From Monocercomonoides exilis PA203 (Eukaryota; Protista; Preaxostyla), in the NCBI GenBank assembly GCA_001643675.2, contig LSRY02000021.1, positions 1 through 64,000 of the forward strand: a DNA stretch of 64,000 bases. Direction: 5' to 3'. The position numbers were made by a program, and so were the translations under genes. Below are positions 1 through 11,287 of the stretch, piece by piece. The number at the start of each line of letters is the position of its first letter. Positions within the stretch are counted from its first letter, which is position 1. The notes under the pieces were generated by a model that did not search any database, had not been told where the DNA came from, and saw only the letters and a list, made by a program, of their open reading frames with translations.

Positions 1-1463
1 AACTGTAATCTAGCTATAAATATTGGGACAATCTTTCGATTAAATAAAGGATATCCAGATCAAAGAAACGTAACTATAATCAAGCAACACAAAAACTGCA
101 ACCCTTATAAAAGAATCCGAATCAGACAAAGAAAAAAAGACAAGTCTCCTTCCTTTATCCAACCAGCCAATTATAAGCCATTCCAATCCCCATGTCACAA
201 GCCATTCCGTTTTTGTGTGTTCCGAAACTTCAATCACAACTGACAAATCCTTCACTTCTGGTAAAGTCGAAAATCTATCTTTTCATACAGCAGAACTGAC
301 CTTCCAAGACAACTTCAATTTGAGTTTGACCCCAAATCAAAATCATCTCAAAAATCCTCTTTCCATATTACATTCAATAAACCCAACCAAAAGAAAGAAA
401 ACAAGTTGCCCCATCTTCTCCCTTTTATATTACCAGAACCCAACGGCTCAACCCTTAGAGCCAATCCTTTTCCCAAGGTTACGGATCTATTTTGCCGAAT
501 TCCCTTACCTACTTTTTTCTAATTGACTAGAGGCTACTCACCTAGAAGACCTGTTGCGGTTATTAGTACGACCGAGTGTGAAAATCAAATTCTAACAAAT
601 AATATCAGTCCCCTGAAGTTTCATGGATCGTTAAACATGCACCAGACCAAATAATACTTGCATCCCTGTATAATGAAATACAAGACCTCAAATACAGTTA
701 AAGGTCTCTTGCGAAATCTAAACTGCATTTTTATTTAGTTGAGGGGCTCTTCCGACTGGGTAACCACTTCTCCGAATAAATCGTTTTCATGGTCACCGCT
801 ATAGCAAGTAACTTATAACTTATAAATTAATTATATAGCTTCATCAGTCGTTAAGAAGAAAAGAAAACTCTTCCCGGGATGTTTACCGATGAGTTCAGGC
901 TTCTTTGCGTTACCGCTTTTGTTCTCCACACATTTTTAGTGTTATTCCAAAACTCTGTTACAAGTCTTGAAACCAAATTTTTCTTTATTATTTCGGTATA
1001 GGAATATTAACCTATTTCCCTTTCGATTTCTATAAATATATCACACTTAACAAAATCTTGCGACTTGTTAAGAATATTTTTAGAAAACAAACGGTATTTA
1101 ACCGATACCTTAGGATCGACTAACCCATGTCTCAATGAGATTCACATGGAACCTTTCTTCACTTCAGTCTTCAAAGTATTACCCCATTTGGGAAGGTCCT
1201 CCCATTTGAATATTTGCTACTACCACCAAGATCAGCACTATCGACCGTTCCATTTGTATTCACATACAAACTTCAAAACTTATTAAAAAAGACCCAACCA
1301 TTCCCTTCCCCGAAAGAAAAGAAAACAGCCAAAGCCCCTTTTATTCCTTTTTGATCGACACGCCCTCCTACATAAGCTATAACTTCCTATCATAGCTTAG
1401 TCATGTATAAGTATCATCGCTATTACATATGCTCCAGCGCCATCCATTTTCAGGGCCAATTCA

Positions 1464-1497
<34 letters not shown>

Positions 1498-1997
1498 ATA
1501 CCAACTTCCATGGCCACCGTCCTGCTGTCAAAATGAATTGACACCTTTTCTGGTATCTATATGAGCATATATTTAGGCACTTTAACATGACGTTCGGTTC
1601 ATCCCGCATCGCCAGTTCTGCTTACCAAAAATGGCCCACTAAGAGCTTATTATTTTTCTCAATCAATATGGGTTTTCTTTTTATTAGTTAATCAAAGTTT
1701 ATCTAAATGATTTTCAAACAACTTTTTCGAGTAGTAGAAAACAAATCCTTATAAAGACTACCGGAGTCCTACGGATGTTTAGGGTTTTCTTAAAATGCAA
1801 ACCAAAACAATCAGCACGTCCAGACTCCTTAAAATAGCATTCTACAAGCCTTCTTACCAGCTTCATCAATAGAACACTAAAAGATTACCTTGCCAATTTA
1901 GAGTTTGAGAATAGGTTGAAGAAATTATTTCTCCAAGACCTCTAATCATTCGCTTTACCTGACAAAACATTCTTTCATTATAAGCTCCTGCTATCCG

Positions 1998-2036
<39 letters not shown>

Positions 2037-3303
2037 GAGTCTTTCGCCCCTATACCCAAATTTGACGAACGAGTTGCACGTCAGTATCGCTACGAGCTTC
2101 CATCAGAGTTTCCTCTGACTTCACCCTGATTCAGGCATAGTTCACCATCTTTCGGGTCCTAGCAGATATGCTATAACTCAAACCATAAGAAAAGCAGCCT
2201 GGTTTTACCCAAAAACTACCTTTTAACAAAAACTTTATGGTTGGTCAATGTTGCCAGGATCTCCACCAAAAGGATTTACCCTCTCGGCGAATAACCCCTT
2301 CACATTTAAGGGCTTTCCAAATAATCCCCTTCACTTTCATTACGCATCCCTGGGTTTTATCCACCCGAATACTCGCATATCTGATAGACTCCTTGGTCCG
2401 TGTTTCAAGACGGGGCGATATAAAGCTGCATCAACAAAGTCAATTCTTCTTATTTGGAATAGGAAATCGATATTAGAATCGCCATATTTAAGATCAATTA
2501 GTTCACTAATAAATAAGACAATATTACCATTTATTCTTAATTCAATATAATCAAGGCGAGCTTAACCAATCGAAACAAATCTTTTAAAAACCAAATATGA
2601 TGAAAAAGAAAACAAGTTTCCTTTCTCAACTCATCTGATTTAATTAAAAATTTGGAATAAATTGAAAAATATCATCCCAGAACTAATATATGTAAACTCT
2701 GGTATTCTCGATATTTCCATCCCGTATCTGATATCTTTAACCAATCCATATTCTCAGATACTTATTACAAAGTATTCTATCCCTGTATCGAATCCAATAG
2801 GTAAGTCTTGCTTCAGGATTATAACAGAATAGGAAATCATCAAGTTTAATAAAAAACCTGACAATATTCAATAATGTCTATTCCCACCTTTCCTCCTATG
2901 TGGATTTCGGTTATTATCAAAACTATAGAATACCATTGACCGCATTCTTATGTTTAACATTCATCCATAATTCCCAAGGGGAACTATGAAGAGAAGGGAA
3001 ATGATGCTATCCTGAGCAAAGTGGTTCGGCTATTACACCTTTCTTTTATATCCTTATAAGCACGGGTTTATATCAGATATCAATAACAATTATAAATTAC
3101 TATTCATATGTATCCCCGACTTTACAGTTAAGCTTACAAGTCACTCAGGCCACAATACACCAACCCTCTAGTATTCCATGTCCATAAGAAAATAATTTAA
3201 TTATATTAATAAAAAACATCTCTGCACTTTCTAAATTTTATATCGCTTGTCCTTTTGGCAGTTTCAAGCACTACTTTCATTCTCTTTTCAAAGTTCTTTT
3301 CAT

Positions 3304-3337
<34 letters not shown>

Positions 3338-3840
3338 TTGTCAATATTTAGCCTTGGATGAAGCTTACCACCCAATTAGGGTTGCAATCTCAAACAACCC
3401 GACTCTATGATTGTAATGTCCAACCGTGACATTTAAACCAAAAAAGCCATGACAAGTTTGACCCTGCCACATCTTCCTTCAGTAGGAATCGAGATCTACT
3501 TTTTACTATATAAACGGGGCTATTACCCTCTCCGGCATTCCTTTCCAAAAACAAAAATAGAAATTTTGATCTCTAAATCATATTCCCGTCACTGACATTA
3601 ATCTCTCAGAGTTTGACCCCCAAGAGAAATTACATCTTTAAAGTACAACTCTTATTACTTTCTATCAATTGTCAGCCAAGTCAAAAGTTGCCTTCCTTCT
3701 CAACTAACTCATAATAAGATTTTAACTTTGGGCTTTTCCTTCTTCCCTCGCAGGTACTAAAGGAATCCTCGTTAGTTTCTTTTCCTCCGCTTATTAAGAT
3801 GCTTCAGTTCAGCGGGTAATCTTGCTTGATATTTCAGATT
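1..3840 (-). rRNA. 28S (LSU) rRNA, 5' part (runs off the window start)
   Basis: Reverse-complement matches to conserved LSU blocks: ITS4/LR0R region (tcctccgcttattaagatgc...cagcgggt, ~3783-3818), atctttccctcacggtactt (~3302), LR3 site ggtccgtgtttcaagacggg (~2395), gaaacttcggagggaaccagctacta (~2000), tactaccaccaagatc (~1218), gagccaatccttttccc (~458). Confidence 0.98.
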
Positions 3841-4053
3841 GATATTATATAAAACCTTTTCTTTCTCATCATTCATTTAATATTAAAACTTATATTAATA
3901 TTTCAATATTATTTTAATATTAAAATTTCTTTGAAAAAGAAATTATTATTATTAATAATAATTAAAGATTATATTTTCTTAATAGAAAATTTAATCTCAG
4001 ATAATATAAAACAAATCTATTTTGATTTAAATAGATTTATAATAAATTTATAA
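3841..4053 (-). other. ITS2 (~210 nt, extremely AT-rich)
   Basis: Lies between the 5.8S 3' end and the 28S 5' end; boundaries approximate. Confidence 0.85.
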
Positions 4054-4219
4054 CCAATTCTGAAACAAGCATGGTCCCTCAATTATAGAAATAACTGAGA
4101 AACCGCAATATGCGTTCAAAATTTTGATGACTCGTAGATTTCTGCGATTCGCATTAGCTATCGCGCTTTGCTGCGTTCTTCATCGATACAAGAGCCAAGA
4201 TATCCACTGCCAAAAGTTT
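4054..4219 (-). rRNA. 5.8S rRNA
   Basis: Minus strand reads AAACTTTTGGCAGTGGATATCTTGGCTCTTGTATCGATGAAGAACGCAGC...TTTGAACGCATATTGCG, the canonical 5.8S core. Confidence 0.97.
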
Positions 4220-4332
4220 TTAATTTTTCTTTAATTAAAAAACTTTTATTTATAATAATATCGTTATCTAATTATTGCATCCATCAAATTTATATTTATT
4301 TATTTGTATTGTTTTTGATTTTATTAATTAAA

Positions 4333-4335
<3 letters not shown>
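4220..4335 (-). other. ITS1 (~115 nt, AT-rich)
   Basis: Between the 18S 3' end (GGATCATTA) and the 5.8S 5' end. Confidence 0.85.
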
Positions 4336-4396
<61 letters not shown>

Positions 4397-4478
4397 AATA
4401 AGATTTACTGTCCTTCTAATTAAATCCTAGAGAATCGAAACCCTCACAAGATCCAACAATCCAGACATTTCATCTGAT

Positions 4479-4528
<50 letters not shown>

Positions 4529-5708
4529 ATCAGCGCAATCTGATGAATTGCACTTACTAGGTATTCCTCGTTCATGATCCAAAATTACAAAGATCAATCC
4601 CCATCACGATAAAGTTTCAAAAGATTACCCAATCCTTTCGGATAAGGGAATTGCATGTGTTAAAAAATAGCATCCCCTTTCAAAGCCCCGATTAAGAAGC
4701 CCTGAAATAAAAAACACTATTTTTTGATTTAACACACCCAAAAACAACTTGTTGACTTTATCAGTGTAGCGCGCGTGCGGCCCAGAACATCTAAGGGCAT
4801 CACAGACCTGTTATTGCCTCATGCTTCCCCATGTGCAACCATGGTAGTCCCTCTAAGTAGGTTCGAATATAGATCCAGAGCCCCATTAGCCTTCCACCAC
4901 AACCCCGTGAAGAGCCATGATGAAATTAATTAACTAAAAGAGAATTACAATCCATATCGAAATATTTTAATGATAATTTCAATAACTCACTTCCAAAACA
5001 AACTTCTTCCAAACAGCCGAAACTGCTCAAAACAAATTCATCCTGAAAGCTTAATGAGCTATCTCAAAATATATATTTCAATATTAACCATTAAAAGATC
5101 TCAGACAACTTCCCGACTTTCTCAACAATCCTCCCGAGAGAGAGAACTATTAAGAAAAAAATCGGAAAGCCACCTTACAGACACTTTTCAAAATTATCAC
5201 CCTATTTAGCAGGTTGAGGTCTCGTTCGTTATCGGAATTAACCAGACAAATCACTCCACCAACTAAGAACGACCATGCACCACCACCCACGGAATCAAGA
5301 AAGAACTATCAATCTGTCAATCCTTCCCGTGTCTGGACCTGGTAAGTTTCCCCGTGTTGAGTCAAATTAAGCCGCAGGCTCCACACCTGGTGGTGCCCTT
5401 CCGTCAATTTCTTTAAGTTTCAGACTTGCGACCATACTCCCCCAGAACCCAGAGACTTAATCGATTTCTCTAAAGGTGCTGATGGGGCTTAAAAACAAAA
5501 AAACAAAGACAAATAACCGAAGTTACCTCTTTCATTTTTTTGTTATAATTTTAAAAGCAAACTCACTTCACAATTTCTTGTGATAAATTCCACCTATCCC
5601 GAAAGATAGAAATTGGAAAAGCGAATTAAAAAATAAATTCCCTCCAATCCCTAGTTGGCATCGTTTATAGTTAAGACTAGAGCGGTTTCTGATCGCCTTC
5701 GATCCCCT

Positions 5709-5742
<34 letters not shown>

Positions 5743-7326
5743 TAAATGCTTTCGCACTTGTTTGTCTTGCATAAATCCAAGAATTCCACCTCTGACTATG
5801 CAATACAGATACCCCCAACTGTCCCTCTTAATCATTACACCTGTTTCAAAAACCAATAAAACTCAAATCGATAAACAATAACAAAAAGAACAAGTTCAAT
5901 CTTCTTATTGTTTAAGACTCGAATGTGTTTGATAACAAAAAATAAATAAGTTTCCTTATTATTTTTCATTATCAAATTTAAAACACATCAGGTGTCTTAT
6001 TTTATTATTCCATGCTAATGTGTTCAGTAGCGAATTTCTTTCATTACAAAAAAACGCCTGCTTTGAACACTCCATTTTCTTCAAAGTAAACTCTCCGAAA
6101 TTTTCCTCTTCTTTGACAAAGAGAAACGATTAATATAAATCAACATTTAAGTGATATATTAATAATTTCGAAAACATTTACCCCTTTTTGAAAAGCCACA
6201 AGGACTTCTCCAAAAGGGATTCGAGGTTATTCAAATTCAAGGCAAGCATAAGATAAATGAAAGATACTGAATCAATCAAACAACAAGAAATAAATCTTGA
6301 TGCAAGATTAAAAACAATACCATGATTTTCAAATATCCCCTCATTAATACCCTCCAATCACTTCACTTCCAAATTAAATCAACCCGAAAGCTAATTTAAT
6401 AAGAAAAATGAAGCAGGACTAAGTATAGAGAAACATCTCGCCCCCTCGAACAATTAAAAACTCCAAAATCCAACTACGAGCTTTTTAACTGCAGCAATTT
6501 TAGTATACACTATTAGAGCTGGAATTACCGCGGCTGCTGGCACCAGACTTGCCCTCTAATTGTTTCTCTTTCAAGCATTTACATTGAAACCATTCCAATA
6601 GCAGAATACCATTAGATACCCCGCTTTGTTATTTTTTGTCACTACCTCCCCATATACGTCATTGATTGGGATTGGGTAATTTGCGCGCCTGCTGCCTTCC
6701 TTGGAAGTGGTAGCCATCTCTCAGGCTCCCTCTCCGGAATCGAACCCTAATTCTCCGTTACCCGTCAATACCATGGTAGGCCTCTATCCTACCATCATCA
6801 GTTGATAGGTCAGAAATTTCAATGACACATTGCCAAGACGATGGGCTCTTAACCCACCCTGGCAATTCGACATTTATCATGAATCACCATTATCTTTCAC
6901 AATGGACACATATCATTACACCCCTTGCGAGGCTTCAAACATGTGCCGAAATAAGTTTTTGATCCATATAGAATCAAACATTTAAACTATTCCTAATGGT
7001 TTTCGATCTAATAAATACAATCCTTCCCCAAAGGGTGTCTCATTGCTGAAACACCCTTAGTCGGATCTTTTTCAAACCCACCCTTCTTTCCATTCCGAAA
7101 AACAAAAAGAAAAATGAATTCTCGCATGTATTAGCTCTAGAATTACTACGGCTATCCATGTAGTAAATTATATTTCTATTCAAAATATAACATTGTCATT
7201 GTCAAATAAATTATAACTGTTGTAATGAGCCATTCGCAGTTTCATAAATACAAGTTATTTATACTGACACATGCATGGCTTAATCTTTGAGACAAGCATA
7301 TGACTACTGGCAGAATCGACCAGATA
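4336..7326 (-). rRNA. 18S (SSU) rRNA, complete, ~2,990 nt
   Basis: 5' end TATCTGGTCGATTCTGCCAGTAGTCATATGCTTGTCTCAAAG at 7326; 3' end GTAGGTGAACCTGCGGAAGGATCATTA at 4336; internal universal blocks (ttaccgcggctgctggc ~6525, ccgtcaatttctttaagttt ~5401, gacgggcggtgtgtac ~4497). Confidence 0.99.
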
Positions 7327-8858
7327 CATTTATATATAGAAAAAAACATTAACTAAAATTTTTCATTCAACTAATGTCTTTTTCTAATATAAAATAATAT
7401 ATATCATATTGTTTTGTTAAAGACAACATAATATAGTATTTTAGTCATAATTATTAAAACATCACCATTCACAAAGATGATGATGTTTTAAGAATAGACA
7501 CTATATTTTCCCTTCTCAAATATTAACACATTATTTTCTTTCAGATAAACTTAATAACTGATTTTATAGTTATTGAGCCATCCAATCATAATCATTAATA
7601 TTTGTATTATCACAATGTAATCTCAATATCAAAACACTTTTCTCATCATCATCAAAAAGAAGATAATAATATAAAAAGCTCTGATAGATCATTACAATAT
7701 GATTTTTCATTCGCAACTTACAATTATATTTTCACCTTTTGAAAAAGTGGCAAATAATTGTAACAGTTCAAATACTCTCAACAAATAGAAACATGACATT
7801 TATGTCTTCAAACAAACAGAGAAACTGTTCATTTTGATTTCATCATTGTCACATTCTATCTCTCGATAGTCAAATCCAACCCCCACATATTAGGCAACCA
7901 AACCCAATAGTTACTATGTGCAATAACAATCCATCTGAACTTAATCAATGATATACACATATACATATCGACCACACCAGACATATAGACAAGGTCTCGA
8001 CTTCATGAAGTACTCTTTTCTACAATATTCAAACAAGTCAACATACATGTATTTCCACGAACAAAAACACCCCAAACACTTTCACACAAATCCCCACATT
8101 GTTGCTTTTCTAAAATCAAGCAGTTCTCCAAGATGGATTCATTGCATCCAACTCAAACTACTTCACCCCACATAACCATATACTATACTGCCTCACAACA
8201 CACATTCACTACTAGCATAGCACTCTCTCACAACAACTTTTCAGACTAATCGATTTTATTAGAGCCATTTTTATCTCTTCATCCAACATTTTTACACATC
8301 AGACTCAAAGATTCAAACAACTCACTTTATTATTCGACCCATCTGATCAGCCATTGCTACCAGAAGATGTTTTCATAAAACATGTATTGTGATGCCCTTA
8401 TATACAATCACATGTTGCTTTTCGTTCTTATCAGACCCAACAAACCCACCCTTTTGAACCACCTTCATTTATACTTCACACTCAGTGAGTTTCTGTATAA
8501 TCATGCAAAGGTATTTCATTCAAAGAGACACATACATATTATTCCCATTCAAATACCATATACTATCTTCCTTAACATACAAAGCCTACCCACCTATTTG
8601 CTATACATATGACATAATACTATATACATATATATACAATAGACCACTATTACACAATGCCTCAGTCTAATAGACAGCCCCCTATACAAAATTTTTCATT
8701 CAAAATCCACTTTTTTCCCTATGGAGTTTCATATACAAGTCACACTTCTATACTAACCCCATATCACATAAGCCCTGGCTCAGACTATCCTCACCAGACA
8801 ACTTTTGTCGAAAAAAAAATGAAGTCAGAAAAAAAATTTTTTCGGGGGGTGTCCCCCT
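7327..8858 (-). other. 5' external transcribed spacer (upstream boundary uncertain, 8683 or 8858)
   Basis: Directly upstream of the 18S; contains local hairpins (e.g. ~7456-7490, ~7719-7762); composition changes abruptly at ~8.85 kb. Confidence 0.6.
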
Positions 8859-8866
8859 AAGTATAC
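8678..8866 (-). promoter_or_regulatory. Candidate RNA polymerase I initiation sites
   Basis: Minus strand GTATAGGGGG (8687-8678) and GTATACTTAGGGGG (8866-8853) resemble the TATA(N)TAGGGG initiator known from plant rDNA, and sit at the ETS/repeat boundary. Pol I promoters are lineage-specific, so this is tentative. Confidence 0.4.
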
Positions 8867-8902
8867 TTCCGTAAAAATCCCCGACAGCCCGCACCCCGAA
8901 CA

Positions 8903-11287
8903 CCATCTTTTCCAAAAAACTCATAGACTCAATTACACTACGCCCAGGTTTTCGCGTTTTTTTCCCTTTTTCATACTAGAATTACACTACGAAAACGACC
9001 TCATCGAAAAACCTGCTTTGATACTAAAAAATCTCAAAATTACACTACGCCACGAAAACCTCGGCCTAGTGAAAATGCCCAAAAATGATACTAGAAAAAT
9101 ACTCAATGAAAAATTTTAGTATCCTTCCATAGTGTTTCTTGGGATGGGGACACACCAAAGCCTTGCCACTACCACACCACCTTGTGTATGCCCTCGCTGC
9201 CTTTCATCTGGTTTTTTTGTTCCAGCCTTCCAGCTCTTAAGCCTGGCCCGCTATGGCCTCTTCAATGTTTCCATAGGAAATGCCCCTATGAAACCTCACT
9301 TTTTCTCACACTGCTGCTGGAGCAGCCAGAGGAGTGGAGTGGAATGCCTATGGAAACGTAGCGGCAGAGCATACGCACAAACTCATACCATCAGCTAGCC
9401 TGTAAGTTATGACCGATAAAAAGATACAAGGGTTGGAAGACAAGGGGGTCCTATATGAAAAAGTGGAAAATCATACAAAAATGTTAGTATATTGAGTATA
9501 GTGAAAAGGGGATAAGAGCAGTGGGAATAGTAGTGGGATAGTTGGATAGAGTGAGTGAGGAGCTAGACCCTCTATGGCATTTAGAACTTTCCAGCTCTTA
9601 AGCCTGGCAAGCTACAAGGGCAGGAACACAAGGGGGTTTGAGTCAACTTTCCCTATGAAAAGTGAGTATAATGGCTGCAGTGGATTACACAGGCAGGGCA
9701 TAGACACTGGATGTGTGCCATATTGTGGGCACAGTGTGTAGTCACATTGCAGTGATATCAGCTTGGCTGTAAGTTATGACCAGTAAAAAGATATGAGAGT
9801 GGGAACACAGGGGAGGTCAGTCACTTTTTCTATGAAAAGTTCATGTATTTTGCCTATGGCTCCTAGGCAAATAGACTGACCCTGTTGGATCCTTCACCAA
9901 TGGATAGAGGGAGAGTATAGCTAGACCCTCTATAACATTTTCGAGTCTCGCACTCTCAAGCCTGAGGCACTACAAGGGTTGGAACATAAGGGGTCCCAGT
10001 CAATATTTCCTCTCAATGAAAATTTCTCATAGGAAGAATTGTAGTATATTGAGTGTGGTGGCAAGGGATTACATAGGAGGCCAACGGGAATACTGCCATT
10101 GGCTAGGCACAGTGTGCAGCTAGACCCTCTATAACATTTATAACTTTCCAGCTCTTAACCCTGTGGAGCTATGATCCAACAAACATAAGGGGGTCCTAGT
10201 ATAGAATTTCATTGATAAGGAGTTTTTCATAGGAAGGATACTAGTATATCGACCATAGATATAAGGGAAGTTGAGGAGTGGCAATGGCGATAGCACCAAT
10301 GGATAGAGCAAGTGTGGAGCGAGTTTCCCTATGGCATCGAGAACTTTCCCAAATTCCTGTGTGATTCGCTACAGGCCAGCCAATGAGGGGGGTCCAAGTC
10401 ACTCAAAAAGTCAATGGAAAATACTCACTTTTTCTGGCACTGCCCTTGGCCCAGCCACAGCCCACCAGCCGAATGTGTGCCACATTGTACCTGCAGGGCA
10501 TGCCCACCCCACAGCACCATTGGCATGTCTGTAAGTTATGACCGATCAAAAGATATGGCTCGTTGAAGCCAAGGGGTCCCCTTTGAAAAATGAACCTTTT
10601 TCATTCAAAGATGTTAGTATATTGAGTATAGTGAAAAGGCATATAGACCGAGGGCTAAGATGTTACTACCGTTGGATACTCCAAGAGCACAGCCACTTGC
10701 CCTATGGCATCTAGAACTTTCCAGCTCTTAAAGGTAATTCCCTATGACCCATGGAATATACAGGGTCCATAGCATAAAATATCACTGTGAAAGGGTTTTT
10801 CATAGGAAAGATATGAGTATTTGGTGTGTAACTTCAGGGCAACTCAACTGAGCCTAATGAGATTACCACCATTGTGTAGAGCGAGTGTGCAGCGAGACCC
10901 TCTATGGCAACGAGAAGTTTCGCTGACTTGCCCCTGAGGCGCTATGAGTCTGTGAACATGGGGGGTCCACAGTGTATTTTTCATAGAGAAATTTCATAGA
11001 CAAAATTTTCTAGTATCAAAAACCTCGAAATACACTACGCCGAGGTTTTCGAAGTGTAGTGTAATTTGGTCACTTTTCCTAGGAGCTCAAATTTCTAGTA
11101 TCAAATTCATCCTTATTACACTACGCCACGAAAACATCGGTGTAGTGTAATTTTCCACTTTTTTAGTATCAAAGCAGGTTTTTCAGACATCCCATTTTCA
11201 TAGTGTATTTCTAGTATCAAAAGTCACAAAAATCGAGGAAACCTGAGTGTAGTAAAGTTGAGTCTATGAGTTTTTCGAAAAAGATGG
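8903..11287. repeat. Inverted repeat arms (~8903-9125 and ~11010-11287) bracketing the tandem array
   Basis: ccatcttttccaaaaaactcatagactcaa (8903) versus ttgagtctatgagtttttcgaaaaagatgg (11258); aaaacctgctttgatactaaaaa (~9008) versus tttttagtatcaaagcaggtttt (~11161); clustered TTACACTAC/GTAGTGTAA motifs in both arms. Confidence 0.85.
9200..11000. repeat. Degenerate tandem array, ~180-200 bp units (~9-10 copies), in the rDNA spacer
   Basis: G-run/GGGGTCC anchors at ~9444, 9632, 9810, 9990, 10189, 10387, 10573, 10763, 10959; recurring CTAGACCCTCTAT, TTCCAGCTCTTAA, TGTAAGTTATGACC and TAGTATATTGAGT. Confidence 0.85.

Noticed and set aside
8853-8860. Telomeric CCCTAA repeat
   Set aside because: Single copy, not an array.
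9200-11000. CRISPR-like array interpretation of the periodic repeats
   Set aside because: Whole units are homologous and degenerate, with no identical repeat plus unique spacer pattern and no cas genes; eukaryotic rDNA spacer context.
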